From an uncultured Candidatus Saccharibacteria bacterium (GTDB taxonomy: Bacteria; Patescibacteriota; Minisyncoccia; Phycocordibacterales; UBA5272): a DNA stretch of 64,000 bases. Below are positions 19,984-28,833 of the stretch, piece by piece; the stretch's first letter is position 1; every line of letters begins with the position of its first letter. The notes under the pieces were generated by a model. It saw only the letters and a list, made by a program, of their open reading frames with translations, was not told the origin of the DNA and searched no databases. The DNA is taken from the NCBI GenBank assembly GCA_964621595.1, contig CAZUPO010000001.1, positions 142,758-206,757 on the forward strand. Direction: 5' to 3'. A program made the position numbers and the translations under genes.

Positions 19984-20481
19984 ATGAAAGAAACTGTTAA
20001 AAAATACCTTCCTAGTATAGTCTACGGTGGGTCAGATGGTGCAGTTACCACCTTCTCTGTAATGGCTGGAGCCTACGGGGCAGGCCTTGATCCACGTATC
20101 GTAATCATTCTTGGATGTGCAAACTTGGCGTCAGATGGATTTTCTATGGCTTCTGCAGATTTTTTGTCAGAAGAATCTAGAGAACGTGCAACTGAAAGAA
20201 AGTCATTCTTCCAAGCACTCTTTACATTTCTTGCATTTTCGTCCATTGGCCTCATTCCACTCATACCATTCCTCATTGAACTGTTTGTTCCCCTTCCGGC
20301 AAGTTCTTTTTCACTTTCCATTCTTTTTACAGTACTTGCGTTTATTGCGATCGGCTATGTTAGAGCAACGATTCTACGAAGAAACAAAATACTCATGGTT
20401 GGACAATCACTCTCTATTGGTATCTTGTGCGCTTTCGTGGCATATTACGTTGGCCTCGTTATTTCTTCTGTTATTGTCTAA
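19984..20481 (+). CDS. VIT1/CCC1-family (iron/manganese transporter-like) membrane protein
   Basis: VIT-family signature GGSDGAVTTFSVMAGAYGAG near the N-terminus, then TM helices. Confidence 0.65.
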   Translation: MKETVKKYLPSIVYGGSDGAVTTFSVMAGAYGAGLDPRIVIILGCANLASDGFSMASADFLSEESRERATERKSFFQALFTFLAFSSIGLIPLIPFLIELFVPLPASSFSLSILFTVLAFIAIGYVRATILRRNKILMVGQSLSIGILCAFVAYYVGLVISSVIV

Positions 20482-20484
20482 GGA

Positions 20485-21381
20485 TTAACCTCGTTTTGTT
20501 TTTGTATACACAAAATGTTTTTTGTGTTCAATGAGTACACTCCATGCGAATGCTACGAGCATGAGAAAAGCCCCGATCATATTTACAAGTGTGACAGGAT
20601 TTCTAAATAACCCCCAAGCAACCACACCACCACTAAGAGGTTCCACCACCCCGTCATACATAGCAACGGTCATTTCATCAGAATACTTGCTTGCCCATTG
20701 AATGAGACCATAGGGCACGATCGTAAAGACGAGCATTTGCCAGAGTAACGATGGAATACTGCTGTGGTTCATAGCAAGTGATTGATCGGTACTAAAGAGT
20801 ACAACGCCCATGAATACAATCACGACAAAAAATTGTTGTGTACACAAAACTGACATATTGCTTTTTGGCATCCCTTCGAATCTCTCTGAATAAACAAAGT
20901 ACAGCGCCATACACATTGCAGAAATAAGAAGTATCCCGTCTCCGATACCAAATCCATCCACCCCTCCAACAAGGTAATACATTCCAACGCCGGCGACAAA
21001 AAGCGTGACTATGTGCATCGCTTTCAAACGGTGCCTGAAGAGCAACCATCCAATAAACGGCACAAACAACATCCCTACATTCGAAATAAACGCTGTGTTT
21101 GCAGCCGAACTAAGATCAAGTCCGTACATCTGAGTAAGTTCCATTGTTCCAAGAAGAATACCGAGCCCTACCCCCTCTTCATACCGATATGAAAAACTAT
21201 ATCCTTTGTACAAAGAGTACAAGAAAAATAACAAAAATGCCCCGAGGAAGTTATAAAAAGTGAACAATGCTGGACCCATTTCTTCAACAAGATGCTCCTG
21301 GAATGCAAATGATGACCCCCATGTAATAGCAACGATGAGAAGAGCAAGTTTTGGTATGATTTTTTTATGCTCCATGCACAC
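20485..21381 (-). CDS. EamA/DMT-family permease
   Basis: 298 aa with about 10 TM helices in a duplicated EamA-like arrangement. Confidence 0.7.
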   Translation of the reverse strand: MCMEHKKIIPKLALLIVAITWGSSFAFQEHLVEEMGPALFTFYNFLGAFLLFFLYSLYKGYSFSYRYEEGVGLGILLGTMELTQMYGLDLSSAANTAFISNVGMLFVPFIGWLLFRHRLKAMHIVTLFVAGVGMYYLVGGVDGFGIGDGILLISAMCMALYFVYSERFEGMPKSNMSVLCTQQFFVVIVFMGVVLFSTDQSLAMNHSSIPSLLWQMLVFTIVPYGLIQWASKYSDEMTVAMYDGVVEPLSGGVVAWGLFRNPVTLVNMIGAFLMLVAFAWSVLIEHKKHFVYTKTKRG

Positions 21382-21385
21382 AGAA

Positions 21386-22276
21386 CTACTTCATGTAGAG
21401 TTCCATCTTTGCTTTTACAACTTTTTTCATCGTCTCTTGTCCTTCTTTTCCAAACTTGTATGGCGCAATTTCATTTTGATGAGCATCTAAGTATGCTTTT
21501 ACACCGTCGCGGAACGCCTTTCGTATCTCAGTATTAATGTGCACAATCGCGATACCATTATCGATAGAAGCCATAAGATCCTCGTCAGTATTTCCACTTG
21601 CTCCATGAAGCACCATTGGAATATCTATAACGTTTTTTATCTCACGTAATCGGTCGATGCGAAGTTTTGGATCCGGAGCATCGATAAGCATTCCATGAAC
21701 ATTTCCAATAGCTGGAGCAAACATATCAATACCCGTTCGGAGGACAAAGTCTTTCGCTTGCTCAGGTGTTGTAAGATTTTCCTCACTTACTCCCTCTGGA
21801 AGAGTTGCATTAAGAGATGACGATTGTCCAATGTACCCGAGTTCTGCTTCGACAAGCACCCTCTTTCCTGTCTTTGCTTCATACGCACGAACAAAGTCAA
21901 CACAACTTTTTACAAGTGCCACGTTTTCTTCATACGGAAGTTTTGCTCCGTCAACAATTACACTGTCATAACCTGCCTCCACCACCTCCTGAACTTTCTC
22001 AAGTGTGTACGTGTGATCGGCATTTAAAAATACTGGTATGTCATACTCTTTATTCAACTGATCCACAATCGCACGCACCATAGCCACGCCCATGTACTCC
22101 CGTTCACCTTCACTTGCTCCGATGATAACTGGCTGGTTAAGTTCTTGTGAGACTTGGCAAATAGCTCGCGCCTGGTCAAGATTAGAAATATTAAAGTGAG
22201 CAATCGCCTTGCCCTCACCTTTGTATTTCATAATTGTCTCTACATAAAATTCTGATTGTGGTGTATATGACTTCAT
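21386..22276 (-). CDS. fba: class II fructose/tagatose-bisphosphate aldolase
   Basis: Class II aldolase motifs (IIGASEGEREYMG, ADHT, VEAELGYIG, HGASG). Confidence 0.8.
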   Translation of the reverse strand: MKSYTPQSEFYVETIMKYKGEGKAIAHFNISNLDQARAICQVSQELNQPVIIGASEGEREYMGVAMVRAIVDQLNKEYDIPVFLNADHTYTLEKVQEVVEAGYDSVIVDGAKLPYEENVALVKSCVDFVRAYEAKTGKRVLVEAELGYIGQSSSLNATLPEGVSEENLTTPEQAKDFVLRTGIDMFAPAIGNVHGMLIDAPDPKLRIDRLREIKNVIDIPMVLHGASGNTDEDLMASIDNGIAIVHINTEIRKAFRDGVKAYLDAHQNEIAPYKFGKEGQETMKKVVKAKMELYMK

Positions 22277-22297
22277 ATCAACATAGTATAGCGTACT

Positions 22298-23314
22298 TTG
22301 ATTGCTATACTAGGGCACATGGAACATTCACAAGAATTTGACGTCGTAAGTATTGGCGACACAGTGGTAGACGCTTTTATTAGATTATCAATTGGTCACA
22401 TTCAAGAGACAGCACATGGTGCAGAACTCTGTATCCCTTATGGAATGAAAGTTCCATTTGATGATGTAACCGTGCTCTACGCGGTAGGAAACAGTGCTAA
22501 CGCTTCAGTCTCTGCCGCGCGTCTTGGCCTTCGCTCTGCACTTCTAACCTCTCTTGGTAATGACGAGGATGGCAAACGATCGCTAGAGCACCTCAAAGGT
22601 GACGGGGTAATCACTGATCTTATTCATCTCGAGGATGGAAAGAAAACAAACTACCATTATGTGCTCTGGAAAGGAGACGATCGAACTATTCTCATTAAAC
22701 ATGAAGAATTTACCCCATTCTTACCGGAGATGGGTAAACCGAAGTGGCTTTACCTCTCCTCTCTTGGAAAGCACACTCTTCCATACCATTTTGAACTCAT
22801 TGAATACTTGAAGAAAAACCCAGAAACAAAACTTGCCTTCCAGCCGGGAACATTCCAACTCAACTTAGGAGATCAGATTTCCGAACTCTACAAGTTAACA
22901 GAAGTGGTGTGTATGAATAAAGAAGAAGCAGAAGAGTTACTTAAAAAAGACACCACCGCAACCATTAAAGAATTACTCGATGGCCTACAAGCAAAAGGAC
23001 CAAAAGTTGTCATCGTAACAGATGGTCATGGTGGATCATACATGAAGTATGACAACACGTACTTCAACATGCCTATTTACCCTGACATCGCAGCGCCATT
23101 TGAACGAACAGGCGCCGGAGATGCATTCTTCTCAACATTTATTGCCTACCTTGCAAAGGGATATGATGCGCCTTACGCAATACAACGTGCACCGATTAAC
23201 AGTATGAACGTTGTGCAACACATTGGTGCGCAAGAAGGACTACTTACGGAAGCAAAATTAGAAGAATTCCTCAAAAACGCTCCAGCGGATTATAAGTTGA
23301 AAATATTGGAGTAG
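22298..23314 (+). CDS. PfkB-family carbohydrate kinase
   Basis: Ribokinase-like fold with a C-terminal GAGDAFFSTFIAYLAKG anion-hole motif. Confidence 0.8.
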   Translation: MIAILGHMEHSQEFDVVSIGDTVVDAFIRLSIGHIQETAHGAELCIPYGMKVPFDDVTVLYAVGNSANASVSAARLGLRSALLTSLGNDEDGKRSLEHLKGDGVITDLIHLEDGKKTNYHYVLWKGDDRTILIKHEEFTPFLPEMGKPKWLYLSSLGKHTLPYHFELIEYLKKNPETKLAFQPGTFQLNLGDQISELYKLTEVVCMNKEEAEELLKKDTTATIKELLDGLQAKGPKVVIVTDGHGGSYMKYDNTYFNMPIYPDIAAPFERTGAGDAFFSTFIAYLAKGYDAPYAIQRAPINSMNVVQHIGAQEGLLTEAKLEEFLKNAPADYKLKILE

Positions 23315-23348
23315 AGGTAGTTACTAGGGGCTAGGTGTTAGGGAATAG
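23312..23348 (+). repeat. TAG-heptad tandem array (TAGNNNN x 6) beginning with the pfkB stop codon
   Basis: TAG recurs at 23312, 23318, 23325, 23332, 23339 and 23346, a 7-nt period. Confidence 0.7.
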
Positions 23349-23358
23349 AAAAATGGTA

Positions 23359-23415
23359 TCGAACTAATTTACGAACCTGCCTGTCGGCAGACAGGTAACG
23401 AATTACTAATAACTA
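23359..23415. repeat. intergenic palindromic element, copy A (core AACCTGCCTGTCGGCAGACAGGT)
   Basis: The hairpin core and its flanks (CGAACTAATTTACG / AACGAATTACTAATAAC) reappear, inverted, at 40681-40730. Confidence 0.55.
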
Positions 23416-23419
23416 TGCG

Positions 23420-24406
23420 CTACCTAATCGCTTGTCGAACTTTTTCTGCAATATGCTTTGCAGTAAGCCCATACTCTTCGTAGAGTTCTTGCACCTTTCC
23501 ACTTTGTCCAAAACGATCCTCAACACCCACTCGAATAACGCGAATAGGAGAGTGTTCACTCAAGTACTCTGCAATCGCACTTCCTAAGCCCCCTGCTACT
23601 TGATGCTCTTCTACTGTAACGATCGCCCTCACTTCTTTTGCGAAACGCAACAAAAATGATGCGTCGAGAGGTTTTACTTGTGGCATATTTACCACCGTAA
23701 CACCAAACCCTTCTTTCTCGAGATCATTCGCTGCCTTTAAGGCTTCATAAATAATTGGACCACACGCAATGATACCAACCTTATACGCAAATTCTCCCCC
23801 ATACTTATGCTGTGGGATTTTCATAACATATGCTTTTCCATGATTCCAAGCATAATTATCTGGCACAATAAGCGGTGTCTTCTCACGAGTGAGGCGTAAG
23901 TACGCCGGTTTCTTGGTAGTAGCAATATGCTCGGTGATTGCCCGTGCTTCTGTTGCATCACACGGAACAAACACTTCCATGTTAGGAATCATACGCATAA
24001 TAGCAATATCTTCTATTGCTTGGTGGGTTGCGCCATCTGGTCCAACGGAAATACCAGCGTGTGCACCTACCACTTTCACAGGAACATTGTTATACGCAGC
24101 CGTTGTACGAATCTGTTCCCAATTTCTTCCTGGAGAAAACATTGCGTAACTTGCAATGAATGGAACGTATCCCATCGCTGCCATACCAGAAGCCAATCCT
24201 GACATCGCCTGTTCTGTAATTCCTGTTTCAAAAAAACGAAATGGGAACTTCGCACGGAAGCCATCCATCTTCACACTTTCAGTGAGATCAGCACAGAGCG
24301 CAACTACACGTGGATTCGCCTCCCCCGCGTTAATCAACCCCTCACCAAAGCCTTCTCGGGTTGCTTTCTCTTCTTCTTTTGCTGTAAAAAGTGTTTTACG
24401 TATCAT
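23420..24406 (-). CDS. transketolase, C-terminal subunit (pyrimidine-binding plus C-terminal domains)
   Basis: Split-transketolase B subunit, adjacent to the N-terminal subunit. Confidence 0.9.
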   Translation of the reverse strand: MIRKTLFTAKEEEKATREGFGEGLINAGEANPRVVALCADLTESVKMDGFRAKFPFRFFETGITEQAMSGLASGMAAMGYVPFIASYAMFSPGRNWEQIRTTAAYNNVPVKVVGAHAGISVGPDGATHQAIEDIAIMRMIPNMEVFVPCDATEARAITEHIATTKKPAYLRLTREKTPLIVPDNYAWNHGKAYVMKIPQHKYGGEFAYKVGIIACGPIIYEALKAANDLEKEGFGVTVVNMPQVKPLDASFLLRFAKEVRAIVTVEEHQVAGGLGSAIAEYLSEHSPIRVIRVGVEDRFGQSGKVQELYEEYGLTAKHIAEKVRQAIR

Positions 24407-24408
24407 AC

Positions 24409-25275
24409 TTATTCTTCTCCAAATTTAACCTTACCCGAAAGCGTACGTAATTCTTTTAATGCAGCACGTCCCTCCTCTGCATTTGGTGCCTTACCGTGCC
24501 ACCTATAGTCACCTTCGAACGCTGTTACACCCTTGCCTGGAATTGTGTGGGCAATGATCACTGTTGGTTTGTCCAGTGAACTCTTTGCCATACCAACGGC
24601 GCGCACGATTTCACGGAAATTGTGTCCGTCTATTTCTATGACATGGAAATTAAAAGCTTCCAACTTTTCCTTAAGTGGTTCAAGAGGGAGCACATCTTCG
24701 GTATACCCATCAATTTGAATCGTGTTTCTATCAATAAAAGAAATAACTTTATGAAGTTTGTATTTCCCAAGGAGGAGAAGGGACTCCCACACCTGCCCTT
24801 CGTTAATTTCACCATCACCCATGCAACAATAAAAATATCTATCTGGTTTGTGATTCTCTAATCGGTCCATGAGCGCCATACCGATTGCCTGTGAAAGCCC
24901 AGATCCAAGCGGACCAGATGATGTTTCTAGTCCGGGAAGTGTTTCTCGATGTGGATGACCCTGCAGACGAGAGCCGAACCGTCGCAAAGTCTTCAACTCC
25001 GAAATAGGAAAGTACCCTGCATGAGCCATCGTTGCATACAAGACTGGTGCAATGTGGCCGTTGGACAGAATGACTCGATCGCGCTGCGCCCAGTGTGGAT
25101 GACGCGGATTGTGATTAATGATACGAAAATATAACGCAGTAAAAACATCTGTCATGCCGAGTGAACCAGCAGTATGACCACTCCCAGCCTCAACAAGCAT
25201 CTTTATAATACTTTCTCGAATATCTTCTGCTCGGAGTGTAAGTGCCTGAACTTCTACATCTGTTAGAGAATGCAT
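24409..25275 (-). CDS. transketolase, N-terminal subunit (thiamine diphosphate-binding)
   Basis: ThDP-binding motifs (GSGHTAGSLG, GDGEINEG). Start set at MHSLTDVEV; the track ORF is 24409..25329. Confidence 0.9.
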   Translation of the reverse strand: MHSLTDVEVQALTLRAEDIRESIIKMLVEAGSGHTAGSLGMTDVFTALYFRIINHNPRHPHWAQRDRVILSNGHIAPVLYATMAHAGYFPISELKTLRRFGSRLQGHPHRETLPGLETSSGPLGSGLSQAIGMALMDRLENHKPDRYFYCCMGDGEINEGQVWESLLLLGKYKLHKVISFIDRNTIQIDGYTEDVLPLEPLKEKLEAFNFHVIEIDGHNFREIVRAVGMAKSSLDKPTVIIAHTIPGKGVTAFEGDYRWHGKAPNAEEGRAALKELRTLSGKVKFGEE

Positions 25276-25329
25276 GAACGTAGTATATAGGTAGTGGAAA
25301 TTTGTTACTAGTGGACTACCCTTTATCAA

Positions 25330-25989
25330 CTACCTCTGTAGTGATAATTGTAACGCTTCCAGTGTCTCTTTTGGCTTTCCATCACTAAACAAATATGAAC
25401 CGACAACAACCCCATCTGCTCCTTTCATGTTCATAAGTGGAACAGTTATGGCATTCATCGCCCCATCAACCTGAATGGGAATAGTTGCAAATATCCCCTT
25501 GAGAGTTGCAACTCTCTCTGGTGCGGTATGGTCAAGCGGTTGACCCTGTATTCCAATAGTCTCAATACCCATCACTTGGATGAAAACACGTCTCCATTTT
25601 TCTTGGATCGTTTGTATGACATGCTTGTGGAAATGAACATCTTTAGTATTAGAAACTGCAATACCTATCTCTAGCCCACGATCATGAGCAATAGAGAGAA
25701 GGTCTATTGTATCTACAGGAGAAAAAGAATCCATGTGCATGACAAATCGTTTAACACCAGCCTCAACAAGACACAAAAGCGGTGTCTTCCACTCTTTCAC
25801 CATAAGATCAAACTCGTACTCAAATCCTTCTGGTAACCGTGACCCCTCTACTGGCATCCAGGTGCGTTCCTTACCGATAATGCCATCACATAGATCTATC
25901 TGCACTCGACCAGTGAGACCTTGTAATAAATCTAATTTAGTCACTAGTTCATCAAAACTTTTCGGTAAAATTGCAGGAGTAATATACAT
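25330..25989 (-). CDS. rpe: ribulose-phosphate 3-epimerase family protein
   Basis: TIM-barrel Rpe-like motifs (IDLCDG, VDGAMN); a divergent member. Confidence 0.6.
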   Translation of the reverse strand: MYITPAILPKSFDELVTKLDLLQGLTGRVQIDLCDGIIGKERTWMPVEGSRLPEGFEYEFDLMVKEWKTPLLCLVEAGVKRFVMHMDSFSPVDTIDLLSIAHDRGLEIGIAVSNTKDVHFHKHVIQTIQEKWRRVFIQVMGIETIGIQGQPLDHTAPERVATLKGIFATIPIQVDGAMNAITVPLMNMKGADGVVVGSYLFSDGKPKETLEALQLSLQR

Positions 25990-26003
25990 ACCTCTTATTA
26001 CAA

Positions 26004-26471
26004 TTACATTTTTCCCTTTAACAGGTCCTCAATTTGGACAATGCGATCTGCATGACGCTCTTCATGAGAAAAGGCTGTGCTGAGAAACAATTCTATTGCT
26101 TCCCTTGCTTCATTGAATGTCACAAATCGTGCTCCGATAGATAGAACATTAGCATCGTTGTGTTCACGTCCGAGTTTAACAAGTTCCAAATTCCCTCCAG
26201 CATAAACCACTGCCCTCACGTGGCGGAAACGGTTGGCAACGATCGCCTCCCCTTGCCCAGAACCACCAAAGATAATAGCAACGGATGGCTCGTGAAGTGC
26301 GTCCTTCTGAACATTTTCTGCTGCGCGAATCATATACTCTGGGTAATCATCCCCAGCCTCAAGAGTAAGCGCTCCGCAATCAAAAACATGATGACCCTGC
26401 TCTTCTAGATATACTCGAACCTGCTCTTTTAATTCAAAACCAGCGTGATCTGTTGCAACGTAAATTTTCAT
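26004..26471 (-). CDS. rpiB: ribose-5-phosphate isomerase B
   Basis: MKIYVATDHAGFELKEQV N-terminus typical of RpiB/LacAB; 155 aa. Confidence 0.9.
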   Translation of the reverse strand: MKIYVATDHAGFELKEQVRVYLEEQGHHVFDCGALTLEAGDDYPEYMIRAAENVQKDALHEPSVAIIFGGSGQGEAIVANRFRHVRAVVYAGGNLELVKLGREHNDANVLSIGARFVTFNEAREAIELFLSTAFSHEERHADRIVQIEDLLKGKM

Positions 26472-26536
26472 ATGAATTATATTTCTTAATCTGAGTATAT
26501 CAAAATACTTTTACTTACAGATAACTCTTAAGAGAA

Positions 26537-27616
26537 TTATACTCCGATTTTCTTCCCTGCTCGTGCAACGTGTTCAACGAGGGTGTTGGTATAGCCCATC
26601 TCGTTATCGTACCACGCAAGAACTTTTACAAGGTTTCCTCCAACAACACGTGTCATCTTAAGATCAGCTATGGAAGCGTATGGGAGGCCAAGAATGTCAC
26701 TCGAAACAAGTTCCTCTTCTGTTGCTTGAAAAACATGCTTCCAGCGATCTGTTGTTGCAGCCTGCTTGAGAATGTTGTTCACCTCTTCGACTGTGGTTGT
26801 TCGTTTTGCGATGAAGGTTATATCTGCGATAGATCCAGCTGGGGTTGGAACACGGATAGAGATACCATCGAAGAGACCTGTAAGAGAAGTGAATGCCTTT
26901 GTTACTGCAATCGCTGCACCAGTTGAAGATGGGACGATGTTCTGTGCTGCTGCGCGACCTTCACGGAAGTCTTTCTTATTTGGACCATCAACGATTCCCT
27001 GTGAAGCAGTGTATGAGTGGACGGTGTTAAGTATGGCTTTTTCGATCCCGATTGCTTCGTCGAGTATTGCAATAACAGGAGATGATGCGTTTGTAGTACA
27101 TGATGCGTTTGAAGTAACTTTACATGTACCAAACTTATCTTCGTTTACAGAGAGAAGGATTGTTTCCCCATGTACTGCTGACTCACCGCCTGCCTGTCCG
27201 GCAGGCAGGTCTTTTGCTGGAGCAGAAATAACCACATGCTTTGCCCCCGCTTGAAGGTGAACTGATGCCTTGTCATATGCCGTAAAGAGTCCAGTTGATT
27301 CGACAACAACATCCACATCCATTGCACCCCATGGGAGTTGAAGTGGATCTTTTTCTTGAACCACCTTCACACGCATTGGTTTAGCACCTTCAACCACGAG
27401 GTACTGCTCCTTAGAATCTTCATGAACTTCTGCATGTACATCGAAATGTGATACTCGATACACCGTATCGTACTGAAGAAGATACGCGAGGTTCTTTACA
27501 TCTCCTAGATCATTTACTGCGACAACTTCCATGTCATCTCGTTCAAGGGCCACCTTGAAGAACGCTCGCCCGATACGCCCAAATCCATTAATTGCTACTT
27601 TTATTTTTTTATCCAT
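26537..27616 (-). CDS. gap: glyceraldehyde-3-phosphate dehydrogenase
   Basis: NGFGRIGR Rossmann motif and SNASCTTNASSP catalytic-Cys motif. Confidence 0.95.
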   Translation of the reverse strand: MDKKIKVAINGFGRIGRAFFKVALERDDMEVVAVNDLGDVKNLAYLLQYDTVYRVSHFDVHAEVHEDSKEQYLVVEGAKPMRVKVVQEKDPLQLPWGAMDVDVVVESTGLFTAYDKASVHLQAGAKHVVISAPAKDLPAGQAGGESAVHGETILLSVNEDKFGTCKVTSNASCTTNASSPVIAILDEAIGIEKAILNTVHSYTASQGIVDGPNKKDFREGRAAAQNIVPSSTGAAIAVTKAFTSLTGLFDGISIRVPTPAGSIADITFIAKRTTTVEEVNNILKQAATTDRWKHVFQATEEELVSSDILGLPYASIADLKMTRVVGGNLVKVLAWYDNEMGYTNTLVEHVARAGKKIGV

Positions 27617-27624
27617 ATGGATAC

Positions 27625-27713
27625 TAGTATATAGGGATTAGGGACTAGGGACTAGTGGATAGGTGGCGAGCAGGTGATAGGTTGTAGCTGGTAGGAGGTA
27701 GTTAAGTATGTAG
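27625..27713 (+). repeat. TAG-heptad tandem array (TAGGGAN / TAGGTGN units, about 11 units)
   Basis: TAG recurs at 27625, 33, 39, 46, 53, 60, 78, 85, 92, 99 and 27711, mostly a 7-nt period. It lies in the gap 5' region. Confidence 0.7.
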
Positions 27714-27780
27714 AGGATCCAATAGTACTACTGATACCGTAAAATTTCATCTAATAAGAAAACAAGGTTGGTGAAAAATT

Positions 27781-28326
27781 CTAATGAGTATTCTTAATAT
27801 GTTCTAATAGCATTTTTGCGCACACGACTCTTGGTTTAATAGTAAATCGCATCTCGTCACTCATCTCCGCACATGTTTGAGTGTGTCCATCTGGGATAAA
27901 TAACGGATCGAAGCCAAACCCTCCTTCTCCCCGAGGAGAAACAAAAACACCCTGTACCTGTGCTGTAAAAAACTTAATTTCATCTCGTTCGTTCATATAC
28001 CCGAGGTGAGTAACTTGTGTAGCCTTAGTATTGCCCAATGTTTTGAGTATTGTATATATTCGTTCTGTACCAAGATCCTGTAAAAAGAACTTTGAAAATG
28101 GACCGGGGAGATTGCCAAGCGCTTCACAGATATAACCTGTGTCTTCAACGATCATTCCCTCACCCTTGTAGTGTTTACGTGCTTCTTCTAACTTCTCTTT
28201 GATTACCTCTGTAAAATCCAAACTCTGAATCTCAGGCAGATTAATATCTTTCATAACAAGTCTATCCCCGATCACAGACTGTAACTCTATAAATTTATTC
28301 TTATTGCCAGTTATAAAGGTGATCAT
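27781..28326 (-). CDS. rdgB: non-canonical purine NTP pyrophosphatase (RdgB/HAM1, ITPase)
   Basis: FITGNKNK N-terminal motif and a Ham1 fold. Confidence 0.85.
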   Translation of the reverse strand: MITFITGNKNKFIELQSVIGDRLVMKDINLPEIQSLDFTEVIKEKLEEARKHYKGEGMIVEDTGYICEALGNLPGPFSKFFLQDLGTERIYTILKTLGNTKATQVTHLGYMNERDEIKFFTAQVQGVFVSPRGEGGFGFDPLFIPDGHTQTCAEMSDEMRFTIKPRVVCAKMLLEHIKNTH

Positions 28327-28346
28327 GTGCTAAAACTTTTTTATTT

Positions 28347-28421
28347 TGGCGGGCCCACAAGGATTCGAACCTTGGTCTGCGGTTTTGGAGACCGATATTC
28401 TACCACTGAACTATAGGCCCG
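28347..28421 (-). tRNA. trnW: tRNA-Trp (anticodon CCA)
   Basis: Reverse complement is CGGGCCTATAGTTCAGTGGTAGAATATCGGTCTCCAAAACCGCAGACCAAGGTTCGAATCCTTGTGGGCCCGCCA. It has a 7-bp acceptor stem, GG in the D-loop, anticodon loop CTCCAAA, T-arm CAAGG-TTCGAAT-CCTTG and an encoded CCA. Confidence 0.85.
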
Positions 28422-28544
28422 AAATATGGGACAAGGTAATACGTGTGGTGGCGCCTATTTCACTTGTCGGCTCCCCGGCATCTGGCGACACCGGTTCAAA
28501 GCCTCGTCGCTATTCTACACACCACTCCTTGCCCCGTTCAAGAT

Positions 28545-28574
28545 TCTAACACAAAAGCAGTCGTGTAGCGACTG
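28545..28574. terminator. intrinsic terminator AAAAGCAGTCG-TGTA-CGACTGCTTTT
   Basis: Perfect 8-bp stem flanked by A- and T-runs, downstream of rpmG on the minus strand. Confidence 0.6.
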
Positions 28575-28606
28575 CTTTTGTTCTCACGAAATAAGTTTGT
28601 AGATTT

Positions 28607-28768
28607 TTACTTCTTCGTTTCTTTGAAGGTAACGTGCTTTCGAAGTTTCTTAGAATACTTCTTAAGTTCAACCTTACGGGTAACAAGTTTCTTGTTCTTT
28701 GAAGTCCAGTAAACTTCTCCTGTTTCCTTGTGTTTTAATTGGATGAGGCGGTCTTGTGCTTTTGCCAT
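28607..28768 (-). CDS. rpmG: 50S ribosomal protein L33 (53 aa, Cys-less form)
   Basis: Product [53 protein letters not shown]. The C-terminal LELKKY..RKH..KETK pattern matches L33. Missing from the ORF track, which has a 60-aa cutoff. Confidence 0.8.
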   Translation of the reverse strand: MAKAQDRLIQLKHKETGEVYWTSKNKKLVTRKVELKKYSKKLRKHVTFKETKK

Positions 28769-28833
28769 AATTGTTCAATTATAGCACAAAAGCCCTACAA
28801 AAGCAACTCTAGAAACTATCCACCACACCTAAA

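Noticed and set aside
28430-28545. Possible second tRNA, or tRNA remnant, downstream of tRNA-Trp (GGTTCAAAGCC T-loop-like string).
   Set aside because: No acceptor/D/anticodon cloverleaf could be built; only a simple GCGAC..GTCGC hairpin. It is probably rpmG 3'-UTR/terminator context.
28346-28549. 67-aa ORF overlapping tRNA-Trp.
   Set aside because: It overlaps a well-formed tRNA on the opposite strand and starts with TTG. No support.
28300-28830. tRNA-Trp as an integration hotspot, or an adjacent prophage or integrase.
   Set aside because: No integrase, recombinase, direct repeat of the tRNA 3' end or phage genes are nearby. The flanks are rdgB, rpmG and glyQS.
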